Shown here one piece after another: positions 11,162 to 19,216 of a DNA stretch of 64,000 bases. This DNA is from Escherichia phage vB_EcoM_phAPEC6. The notes under the pieces were generated by a model, which worked only from the letters and a program-made list of their open reading frames with translations, was not told the origin of the DNA and ran no database searches. Made by a program: the position numbers and the translations under genes. The DNA lies in sequence record MK817115.1. One strand, given 5' to 3'. Position 1 is the stretch's first letter. Each line of letters opens with the position of its first letter.

Positions 11162-11488
11162 CTATAGCAAGTCGTTATCCATATCATCCCACACAGAATC
11201 AATGATGTTTGCTGCTATCTTTTTAGACATTTTAAACCACTCCGTGTTTGGTTGTCTAGTTGCATTCATTTGTTTAAGCCTTTTATGTATCTCTTTTTCA
11301 GCTAAACGTGCGTCTTCAAAGTGAACTTCATGATAAACTTCAAAATCACGAAACGGGGTAGCTGTCTGATACGTTCTCAAACGCTCTGTCATTTCAGATT
11401 TAGAAGTGAAACCAATCTTAACATAGTCAGGCCATGCAGAGTTTATTATAACATAACATATCTGTGACATAGATTCAATCTCCATCAT
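11162..11488 (-). CDS. T5orf172-domain (GIY-YIG superfamily) protein, free-standing
   Basis: CYVIINSAWPDYVKIGFTSK ... ERLRTYQ ... EVYHE matches the T5orf172 pattern as recalled; start uncertain (11488 or 11470). Confidence 0.5.
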   Translation of the reverse strand: MMEIESMSQICYVIINSAWPDYVKIGFTSKSEMTERLRTYQTATPFRDFEVYHEVHFEDARLAEKEIHKRLKQMNATRQPNTEWFKMSKKIAANIIDSVWDDMDNDLL

Positions 11489-11509
11489 TAATATGGAGAT
11501 ATTTATCTA

Positions 11510-11860
11510 TCAACTAATAGTGAATTTTAAACCAATATCAATTAAACGTTGAAAAGGATTATGTGGCTGAAATTCCGATGGTTCTTGTGCAATGTTTAGC
11601 ACAGGAGCATCAGAATGCAGCACCGACATACGTTCTCTATAATGATCGATGTATTCTTCATACAACATATCTTCAGTATGTGTATTAAGTATATCTTCTA
11701 TGAAAGAATCTAAACTATAATCCAATCTATCATCATTATAATACAATGTTTCAGTGGCTTCATCATATCCAACTAACGTACCATAAGGAACATTTATTTC
11801 TATATTTGAGTACTGACTCTTTAAGTACTCTTCTCTATTAAATTTGTATACAGTTAACAT
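11510..11860 (-). CDS. Hypothetical protein
   Basis: ORF-track start at 11869 is TTG; ATG 11858-11860 has AAGGAG RBS 10 nt upstream. Confidence 0.4.
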   Translation of the reverse strand: MLTVYKFNREEYLKSQYSNIEINVPYGTLVGYDEATETLYYNDDRLDYSLDSFIEDILNTHTEDMLYEEYIDHYRERMSVLHSDAPVLNIAQEPSEFQPHNPFQRLIDIGLKFTIS

Positions 11861-11883
11861 CCGTGTCAACTCCTTTAGATTGT

Positions 11884-12981
11884 TTACTTAAAGTTATTTA
11901 CAATTTTCAGTACAGATTTTAGATACTTTTCATCAAACGTTTCAGTAAATCCTGACGGCAACTCTTCAGTACTTACTACTCCACTTTCAATGTATTTCTT
12001 TATGAACTTTTCCAACAATAATGGTTGATTGCCATCCTCAAAGTAACGTTCTACCAGTACTTCATGCTCGAACTCAGAATTGCGGCTTTGTTCATTGACA
12101 CGGCGTTTCATATCACCTGTAATTCCATATTTGTACACCGTCTTATCATTATTAGTTAATTTTTGAACATAGAAATATCCAGGTTTTGATGGTTGATATC
12201 CATATTCCCCACATGATGGACATCCTTTACCAGCCATATGTGCTTTTGGTTGTTGGGAGAAGACACCATGAGTCGGACATACAATATCAATATAATTCTC
12301 GCTTAAAGTATATTCAACCAAGCTATAATCATACTTATGGTTATGGATAGGCGACACAAGTTCAATGAAACGTTCAGTGCTTCTTCCACCTTTACCAGAA
12401 CATGTACCGCAGCCAGTTTTACCCTTCAATAAAGTTTGGGCTGAAACAGTCCATTCGTGTTTACCGCGTGTACAGTATACGGTAACTTCCGTCTTATTGT
12501 TAACATATTTGGTATTTGGAAATTCAAACGCATTGCCATAGTTTTCTTTTACTTTTGCGATGAATGATTCAGTACTGTATGCTTCATTTTTATTACATAC
12601 AGGACAGCCCTTACCAGAAAGAAATTTGTTTGGTGTAATTTCAAAGTAATCGTTATGTTCTTCATCAGTGCAGAATAGTGTTACTTTTGATATAGCGTTA
12701 GTGTAATTTAGTTTATCAAATTTGAATTTATCTTTACCAAATTTAGTTTCTACAGTACTGATGAATGTGTCGTTGTTTGAACGCTGTGACATGTTTGAAT
12801 AACATGATGCACATGTACATGCAATGTGACGAAGTGCAGGTTTGGTGTTTTCTTTCCCACACTTGTTACATTTTACTGTTGTTTTACTTGCCTTGAATAC
12901 TAAAGTACTGAAGTCAAATTCTCCATACTTAGCAGTCATTTGGTTGATAAACTCGTCTTTGTTGATACTTACGTTTGGCAT
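11884..12981 (-). CDS. Four tandem Cys/His zinc-binding repeats plus C-terminal GIY-YIG-like module (putative homing-endonuclease-like)
   Basis: Four ~50-aa repeats each opening F-I and ending G-C-x-x-C (GCPVCN, GCGTCSG, GCPSCG) with a C...H...CxxC pattern; C-terminus GYFYVQ...YKYGITGD...RR resembles GIY-(x10)-YIG-R. Confidence 0.45.
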   Translation of the reverse strand: MPNVSINKDEFINQMTAKYGEFDFSTLVFKASKTTVKCNKCGKENTKPALRHIACTCASCYSNMSQRSNNDTFISTVETKFGKDKFKFDKLNYTNAISKVTLFCTDEEHNDYFEITPNKFLSGKGCPVCNKNEAYSTESFIAKVKENYGNAFEFPNTKYVNNKTEVTVYCTRGKHEWTVSAQTLLKGKTGCGTCSGKGGRSTERFIELVSPIHNHKYDYSLVEYTLSENYIDIVCPTHGVFSQQPKAHMAGKGCPSCGEYGYQPSKPGYFYVQKLTNNDKTVYKYGITGDMKRRVNEQSRNSEFEHEVLVERYFEDGNQPLLLEKFIKKYIESGVVSTEELPSGFTETFDEKYLKSVLKIVNNFK

Positions 12982-13051
12982 AATTCTGTCTCTATGTTTG
13001 TGTGTATGTGCGTATTATACATAACCAAAAACATCATGTCAATGTTTTTAA

Positions 13052-13086
13052 TAAAAAAAGGGACTCCGAAGAGTCCCTATTGTTTT
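13052..13086. terminator. Intrinsic terminator (gggactc-cgaa-gagtccc with T-runs on both strands)
   Basis: 7-bp stem, 4-nt loop; immediately downstream of the capsid gene on the minus strand. Confidence 0.65.
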
Positions 13087-13121
13087 TAATTTCTTGATTA
13101 AATCTTTTAAATCGATTACAA

Positions 13122-14297
13122 TTACATGAAAGTAACGTTTTTGATAGCGATTTTGCTGTAGTAGTCAGCAGCGTTACCAAGAGATGAAGTACTGTCGGTC
13201 AACTGTACATAGCCATATCTGGTTAGAAAAGTTGTAACGAGTTCCCCAGTGTTAGGGTCCATTACAGTACCAGAAGCCATTAGTGGGATGTATGGGCAAT
13301 AGAATACACCAGCATCAGTTTCCGCATTACCTTTATAACCAATTAGAATATCTTCTGCATCACTAGCATAGGTATCAACGAAAATACGCATAGTGCTGTT
13401 TAGAGTACCTACAAACTTAACGTTAGTTGGTGCTTCGAAAGTACCTTCAGTGGTACGTGCAAAGCTAGAAGTAGTAGCAGATTGTAGAATGGTTAGTGCA
13501 GTTGGGGAAACAACAGCCCAGTTTGCAGCACCACGCTTAGTACGACGAGCAACTTCGTTTGCTTGACGGTTAATTAGAGTTGCTAGAGCAGCGTGCTCAT
13601 CACCAACGAAGGTTGCAACACCAGTAACTTTAGATTGGTCATAAGTTACAGCAGCAGCACCAGGTAGTGCACGTAGACGGCTTAGTAGCTCTTGGTCGAT
13701 TTCTACAGTAACTTCTTGAGCGATTGCAGCCATTAGTTCTGCTTCAACGTCAACACCATGTTGGGATTGAGCATCTTGTGCAGATTCAACAGTCCAACGT
13801 GCAGATAGACGACGAGATTTCGCTTCAACAGTTTCACGTAGAATACGGATGTTAACGCGACGACCCATAGTACCTTCTAGTTGGCTAGTAGGAGCAGCTT
13901 GTGGGTTGCTATTATCCGCATTTAGATCACCAGAGTAAGATTTAGCGATTTTGTATGGAGAAAGCATTTCTTCACCAGCGATTACACCAGGTGCGTTATC
14001 AGCATATTGTACACGTAGGGTGTGGATCTGACCAACTGGACCAGTCATAGGTTGAACACCGATGATTTCGTTAGCAATAACGGTTGGCATTACACGACGC
14101 ATAATTGGTAGAATCACTTTGTTTAGAGTAGCGATGTTACCAGCGGTAGTTGCACCAGAAGTTGCGGATTCAGTTAGCATAACTTTACGATGGTTATCAA
14201 GAACAGTTTCCATTACAGACTTACGAGTACCCTGTAGACCTTCAACTAGTTTCTCTTTTACTGCTACCCATTTGGATTCATTTAGTAGTTGTGACAT
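13122..14297 (-). CDS. Major capsid protein
   Basis: T4 head-gene order (portal, gp67-like, gp68-like, protease, scaffold, this gene); exact TATAAATA box and AAGGAG RBS; strongest codon bias in window; own terminator. Confidence 0.7.
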   Translation of the reverse strand: MSQLLNESKWVAVKEKLVEGLQGTRKSVMETVLDNHRKVMLTESATSGATTAGNIATLNKVILPIMRRVMPTVIANEIIGVQPMTGPVGQIHTLRVQYADNAPGVIAGEEMLSPYKIAKSYSGDLNADNSNPQAAPTSQLEGTMGRRVNIRILRETVEAKSRRLSARWTVESAQDAQSQHGVDVEAELMAAIAQEVTVEIDQELLSRLRALPGAAAVTYDQSKVTGVATFVGDEHAALATLINRQANEVARRTKRGAANWAVVSPTALTILQSATTSSFARTTEGTFEAPTNVKFVGTLNSTMRIFVDTYASDAEDILIGYKGNAETDAGVFYCPYIPLMASGTVMDPNTGELVTTFLTRYGYVQLTDSTSSLGNAADYYSKIAIKNVTFM

Positions 14298-14342
14298 TAT
14301 ATATCTCCTTAAAGATGTTATATTCGTTTTTCAGTATGATAT

Positions 14343-14350
14343 TATTTATA
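14343..14350 (-). promoter_or_regulatory. T4-type late promoter TATAAATA for capsid gene
   Basis: Exact box ~45 nt upstream of ATG; the 16-mer AGTATGATATTATTTA around it recurs at 17110-17125. Confidence 0.6.
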
Positions 14351-14388
14351 GAACTGAAAAATTTGATTATTAAAATGCTTTAAAATGT

Positions 14389-15504
14389 TTATTTTTTATT
14401 GATACCTGAAAGAACATCGAGTTCTTTTAGGAATGCCATATCGTCAGCGGTCATTTCTTCGCTTTCAACAATAGCCTGACGGTTGCCAGTGATTACTTTA
14501 CCTTCTGCAAGAGTTTTCTTAGCGGAAGACTGAACTGCTTGACGAGTGGTAGCAGATTCATTTACTTTAGTACCGTTAAGTACTGACTTATGGTACTTGC
14601 TGAAATCTTCTTTAAGCTTTTCAGTAGGTGAAGTAGCTAGAAGGGATTCCATAATTTGTTTTTGCTGTGCCGTTAGTGGTTTTACTAGTTCAGACATAAT
14701 CGCATTACGTGCTTGTGCATCTTCCATAATACGTAGTTTGGTTTTAGCAGCTTTAACGGCATTAGCAGTTTCATGTAGTTCTTGCTTAACTTGAGCAATT
14801 TCATCTTCTTTAGATTTAATTGATTCAGTTAGGGAACGTAGCAATGAGTTTTCATTAAATTGTTTGACATTAAACTCTTGAGCAAATGCTTCAAAGATTT
14901 TACGACCAAACATATTTTGTTTTGCTTCCACTAGATCTTGTTTCAACGCATATAGATTCTTCTGAGTGGTTTCTGCAATATATTTAGCAGCACTTTCAGA
15001 TGTACGTTTGATGAAGTTATTACGAGCTTCAGCAATTTGACGTGAACCTTCAGCAAGTAGTTTAACGCGAGTTTCTACTAGTTGGCGTTTTTCAGTGTGG
15101 AATTCTTTTAGCTCTTCTGCTAGGATACCGTTAGAAAAATTAACGAATTTACCCATGCATTCATGAAGATGCTTACGTTCTTTACGCATTTGTTTAACTT
15201 CTTCAGCCAAAACAGAGTTTGAAAACGCAGAGAAATTGCTTAGTGTTTTACGTAGAGTTACACGATCTTCAACGAGACGTTTTTTCTCTTCATATACAGC
15301 ACCCATTTCTTCAGCAATGACTTGAGTAACCATAGTGTTCAAACCTTCGGTTAGTTCAGCCAAATCTTGCTGATAACGGCCTTTCATTTCTTCACGCATC
15401 TCTGCGGCTAGTGTATTCTTTTCTTCATTCCATGCTTCCTGAATTAGCTGTTTTGCCTCATCAGAAAGAGATGATTCTTTTAGAAGCTTTTCTAATTTAG
15501 ACAT
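14389..15504 (-). CDS. Prohead scaffolding protein
   Basis: Ala/Glu/Lys/Gln-rich, coiled-coil-like; between protease and capsid genes; AAAGGAGAG RBS. Confidence 0.6.
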   Translation of the reverse strand: MSKLEKLLKESSLSDEAKQLIQEAWNEEKNTLAAEMREEMKGRYQQDLAELTEGLNTMVTQVIAEEMGAVYEEKKRLVEDRVTLRKTLSNFSAFSNSVLAEEVKQMRKERKHLHECMGKFVNFSNGILAEELKEFHTEKRQLVETRVKLLAEGSRQIAEARNNFIKRTSESAAKYIAETTQKNLYALKQDLVEAKQNMFGRKIFEAFAQEFNVKQFNENSLLRSLTESIKSKEDEIAQVKQELHETANAVKAAKTKLRIMEDAQARNAIMSELVKPLTAQQKQIMESLLATSPTEKLKEDFSKYHKSVLNGTKVNESATTRQAVQSSAKKTLAEGKVITGNRQAIVESEEMTADDMAFLKELDVLSGINKK

Positions 15505-15551
15505 TCGTTCTCTCCTTTAAGTACTGAAATATCTGTACTTCAACATACAGA

Positions 15552-15559
15552 TATTTATA
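15552..15559 (-). promoter_or_regulatory. T4-type late promoter TATAAATA for scaffold gene, overlapping a 9-bp inverted repeat
   Basis: Exact box; inverted repeat atatctgta / tacagatat at 15529-15554. Confidence 0.5.
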
Positions 15560-15570
15560 TTTTTAAAATG

Positions 15571-16194
15571 TTAACCTTTTAATTTCTTGAAAAAATCGTA
15601 TATTTCAGAATCTAAATTATTTACTTTTTTAGATTCAGTGATTTTTTTAGAACTATTACAAGGTGATCCGTACTTACTCATCAGAGATTCAAATACCGCT
15701 GTTGGGTATGCTTCTGGAGCACTAGGTTGAGCAACAATATCAATAGTGATAATTTCAAAATCAGAAACTATTCCATTATAATCAACGTTACCGGAACCGC
15801 GAGAACTTACACCAAGTTTTACACCAGCCTCTAGCATTTTACGGATATTCTGACCATGTGCAGTATCAAGTAGTTTGATTTCTGCCATACCATTAGCACC
15901 TTCCATCCAAACCTTAGTAATCATTGCTGCTACACGGTCTAGGTTAATAGTTAGTGTTTCTGGATGGTCACATTCAACAAGAATGCTTTCACCTTTAGCT
16001 AAACGCTGGTTCATGTTATTTACTGCCCTTGTAATTTCAGATAAAGGGTAAATTCTCTCGTTCAAATTTCGTTGGTCGGCTTGAATAGCAATACCACGAA
16101 GATAGCAGTCACGCCCACCAAATCCATTATCACGATGTTCCAAAACAACTTTAGAATCATTGAATGAAGACCATTCACGAATCATACTACTCAT
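15571..16194 (-). CDS. Prohead protease (gp21-like by position)
   Basis: Sits between acidic core protein and scaffold as in T4; AAGGAG RBS; no catalytic motif confirmed. Confidence 0.5.
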   Translation of the reverse strand: MSSMIREWSSFNDSKVVLEHRDNGFGGRDCYLRGIAIQADQRNLNERIYPLSEITRAVNNMNQRLAKGESILVECDHPETLTINLDRVAAMITKVWMEGANGMAEIKLLDTAHGQNIRKMLEAGVKLGVSSRGSGNVDYNGIVSDFEIITIDIVAQPSAPEAYPTAVFESLMSKYGSPCNSSKKITESKKVNNLDSEIYDFFKKLKG

Positions 16195-16214
16195 AATGAT
16201 CTCCTTTCAGATAT

Positions 16215-17063
16215 TTATTTTAGTTTAGGTTGTGCTTTGCTTAGTGGTGATTTAGAATTAGATGCAGTAGTTTTTGGTGCTTTAACATCTTTCATTTCAC
16301 CGCGAGCATTTTTACCAAGATCTAGGCTATCTTTTGGTAGAACAGATTTATCATCTAGGTCTAGTAGTGGTGCTTGGTCAGTTTTCTTAGCGAATTTAAC
16401 TGGCTCTGCTCCTGCTACTGGAGATTTAGCTTCTGGTGCTACTGGAGATTTGGAATGAGTGCCAGCTTTTTCTTTCTTATCAACTGGAGCAACTTTTTCT
16501 AGTTTGAAGGATTCACCGAATTTTTCATCGCCGAATTCAACATCAGCAAATTCGTCGTCACCGTCAACACCAACTTCTTCTTCGCTATCTTCTACTTCTT
16601 CTTCAGAATCTAGATCAACTTCACCGTCACCGATTTCATCAAACATTTGTTGTAGGCCACGGAAAGCATCTTGGATTGATTCCCATTGGTCTTCGGAAGG
16701 AACATCAGCATCAGCTTTCACTTCAACGTCAACATCGTCTTCACCGTCACCATCTGCATCAGCAGAGAATTCAACTTCTTCTTCTGCACTTTCATCTTCT
16801 TCACCAAGGGTGTATTCGATTTCAGCATTTAGACCTTCGTCTGGTTGTACATCAAAATCTTCGTCAAGCTTTTCTTCATCTTTGACTTTAACTTCGACTT
16901 CACAATCTTCATCGTCGTCTTCATCTTCCATGCTTTCTTCTAGTTGTTTGTTAATTTCTTGAGCTTGCTCAACGAAATACTTACGCATTTTTTTATCAGC
17001 AATATCTTGTTCGCCATTTGCAAACGCCGCAATTGCTTCTTGTAGTAGTTTTAAATTCGCCAT
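16215..17063 (-). CDS. Acidic prohead core protein (gp68-like)
   Basis: Very Asp/Glu-rich; start ATG 17061-17063 with GGAGGA RBS (ORF track 17075); upstream 16-mer shared with capsid promoter. Confidence 0.45.
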   Translation of the reverse strand: MANLKLLQEAIAAFANGEQDIADKKMRKYFVEQAQEINKQLEESMEDEDDDEDCEVEVKVKDEEKLDEDFDVQPDEGLNAEIEYTLGEEDESAEEEVEFSADADGDGEDDVDVEVKADADVPSEDQWESIQDAFRGLQQMFDEIGDGEVDLDSEEEVEDSEEEVGVDGDDEFADVEFGDEKFGESFKLEKVAPVDKKEKAGTHSKSPVAPEAKSPVAGAEPVKFAKKTDQAPLLDLDDKSVLPKDSLDLGKNARGEMKDVKAPKTTASNSKSPLSKAQPKLK

Positions 17064-17164
17064 TATATCCTCCATAGATATATTACATTCGTATAAAGTA
17101 TGATATTATTTAGTACTGAATAAAATCGCCTTTTTTAAAAGCTTTAAAAAGTGCGATTTTCGAT

Positions 17165-17392
17165 TTACATTAACCCAGAACCGTCACCAGTTGGTGCAGC
17201 GGCATAAACAACTGCAACCACATTTTTGCGGCGTTGTTCTTCATGTGCTTTAAATTCACGGTACTTTCTTAAGTTGTTTAATACTTGTAATGTTAGTTTC
17301 GGTTTTCTGGAATCAGTAATTTTATATACGTTCTGATCATCTTCAGGGTCGTACATTGAATCACTGCTAGATTCAAAGATGTCCTTTAACAT
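17165..17392 (-). CDS. Small prohead core protein (gp67-like by position)
   Basis: 75 aa immediately downstream of portal; AAGGAG RBS. Confidence 0.35.
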   Translation of the reverse strand: MLKDIFESSSDSMYDPEDDQNVYKITDSRKPKLTLQVLNNLRKYREFKAHEEQRRKNVVAVVYAAAPTGDGSGLM

Positions 17393-17465
17393 TTGATCTC
17401 CTTGAAATATGCATTATAAATGAGGGTAAAAATAAACCCTCATTCTTATACACTGTTATTTATGT

Positions 17466-19205
17466 TTAAAAAGAATTGCCTAAATTATTAGGGTCGAAAC
17501 CACCACTTCCACTCTGTTGCTCTTGGTATTCGGCATCAGCACTTTCCAAATTACCTTCTCCATCAATACCAAGATCCATTCCAGGATCATTTGGAGCATC
17601 AATACCAACAGACTGCAATCCTGCGGAATCTTCTTCACCACCAGAAGGTTGGGAACCATCTTGTGGATTCTCTTGTAACCACATTTGTTCATTCTTAACA
17701 ATATCAGCTTTAGAAAAGCCCATTTTTTCAAGAATTGTTTGTTTCGCCATATAAGGCAAGTCATTAAGAGGAAGATATGTATTAATTAGTTTAGCATCTA
17801 GTTCAGCTTTACGATAAGAAGCTAAGTTAATAGGTGGATTCATAATAACTTCAAAAGATGAAGTACTAATGTTATATCCATTTTTAACCATAAATCTTTT
17901 GAATTCAGCATCAAAATGTTTTGCAACTAAACGTTGATAACGCATACATTGATTATTGAATCGCAATTCACTTGCCATAGCTTGTGTAGCACCATCACCA
18001 AATAATGAAACACCACCATCATCTGGACCTTGTGGTAGATATGAAGCTGGTATTTGAAGACCACGAATCAATTTATTATTGAAATAACGTAAGTCATCAA
18101 TTTGTCCTAAGTTATCACCGCCTGGTAATGTTTGAACATCTGAACCACGACCTTCAGAAGTTTGTGGGAAAAAGTAGTCTTCTAAAATGCTTAATGGATT
18201 ATACGCTGCATCCATTAGTGAAGTACTTCCACCTTTGTTTGAAGGTATTCTACGCTGGTGGATTTCATTTTTAAATCTTTCAACATAAGCCATCGCTTGG
18301 TGTGCTTGCATATCACCAACATCAATTTTAAATACACGACGCTCAGGTGCACGTTGTACACGATAAATTATGATACTATCTTCCAGAAGTTCTTTTTGCT
18401 TATAGACTTTAAATACGTCCTCAAGTATACTAGTACCAAAAGGCCATACCCCATCTTGTCCTGTATTTAGCGTTAGATGAATTACGTGTTCTGCACCAAC
18501 AGGAATAACGTCTAATTGACCGTTAGTACTGAATGGATCAGCAGTATTTCCTTGACTTGTAAAACCAGATGCACCACCCGCAGCTACTGAACCACCACCA
18601 CCCATTGTTGTCGGAATAGCTCCTGGATAAGCGGTTTTATCAAATCCTACTTGAAGGTTACTAAAAACTTTATCTTTCAAATTTAATGATACGTCACGTA
18701 TATAATAAATTACTGGTGTTTTACCAGTGGCTTCGTTAACAAATACTTGCTCAACATTTTTGGGACTTACCCAATACCAATCGAATGTTTCTGGATCTCG
18801 AATGAAAAATTGATCACCATATTTCAGAAGACCACGCACAATTTCATACATTCGTGTTTTAAAATCATTTTGTTCAGTCCATGCATCTAAACGATCTTCA
18901 ATAGTAGTTACTTCAGTATCACCAATATCATCTTTATATTTGATTTTATATGGTAAACCAAAATCTTCAGTACTTTGGGTACAAAAGTCAGCAATTATAT
19001 TCAATGCAGTTCTAATTTCAGGATCTTGGTCCATTTGCTCATACTGACTATAACGCTCAGTACGGTTTGCCAATCCATTATATACAACAGGAAGATAGGA
19101 AGCGAAATTTGTTTTCGTTCCTGTTGATTTATTGCTATTACTGGACTGATTCGGGATGGTCGATAGTTTAGACCTTCCCACTGTCATATGTCGTTTCCAA
19201 CTCAT
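17466..19205 (-). CDS. Portal protein (gp20-like by position)
   Basis: 579 aa at head of the T4-ordered head module; AAGGACG RBS; assignment is by synteny and size. Confidence 0.55.
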   Translation of the reverse strand: MSWKRHMTVGRSKLSTIPNQSSNSNKSTGTKTNFASYLPVVYNGLANRTERYSQYEQMDQDPEIRTALNIIADFCTQSTEDFGLPYKIKYKDDIGDTEVTTIEDRLDAWTEQNDFKTRMYEIVRGLLKYGDQFFIRDPETFDWYWVSPKNVEQVFVNEATGKTPVIYYIRDVSLNLKDKVFSNLQVGFDKTAYPGAIPTTMGGGGSVAAGGASGFTSQGNTADPFSTNGQLDVIPVGAEHVIHLTLNTGQDGVWPFGTSILEDVFKVYKQKELLEDSIIIYRVQRAPERRVFKIDVGDMQAHQAMAYVERFKNEIHQRRIPSNKGGSTSLMDAAYNPLSILEDYFFPQTSEGRGSDVQTLPGGDNLGQIDDLRYFNNKLIRGLQIPASYLPQGPDDGGVSLFGDGATQAMASELRFNNQCMRYQRLVAKHFDAEFKRFMVKNGYNISTSSFEVIMNPPINLASYRKAELDAKLINTYLPLNDLPYMAKQTILEKMGFSKADIVKNEQMWLQENPQDGSQPSGGEEDSAGLQSVGIDAPNDPGMDLGIDGEGNLESADAEYQEQQSGSGGFDPNNLGNSF

Positions 19206-19216
19206 TATTTTCGTCC

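Noticed and set aside
14366-14373. T4 middle-promoter MotA-box-like ATGCTTTA on the plus strand
   Set aside because: It points to the plus strand where no gene follows; likely a chance match in AT-rich sequence.
16459-16962. Ser-rich 167-aa plus-strand ORF (also 16237..16458 and 16676..16885)
   Set aside because: Antisense to the acidic prohead-core gene, whose GAA/GAT-rich codons leave the opposite strand open; no RBS.
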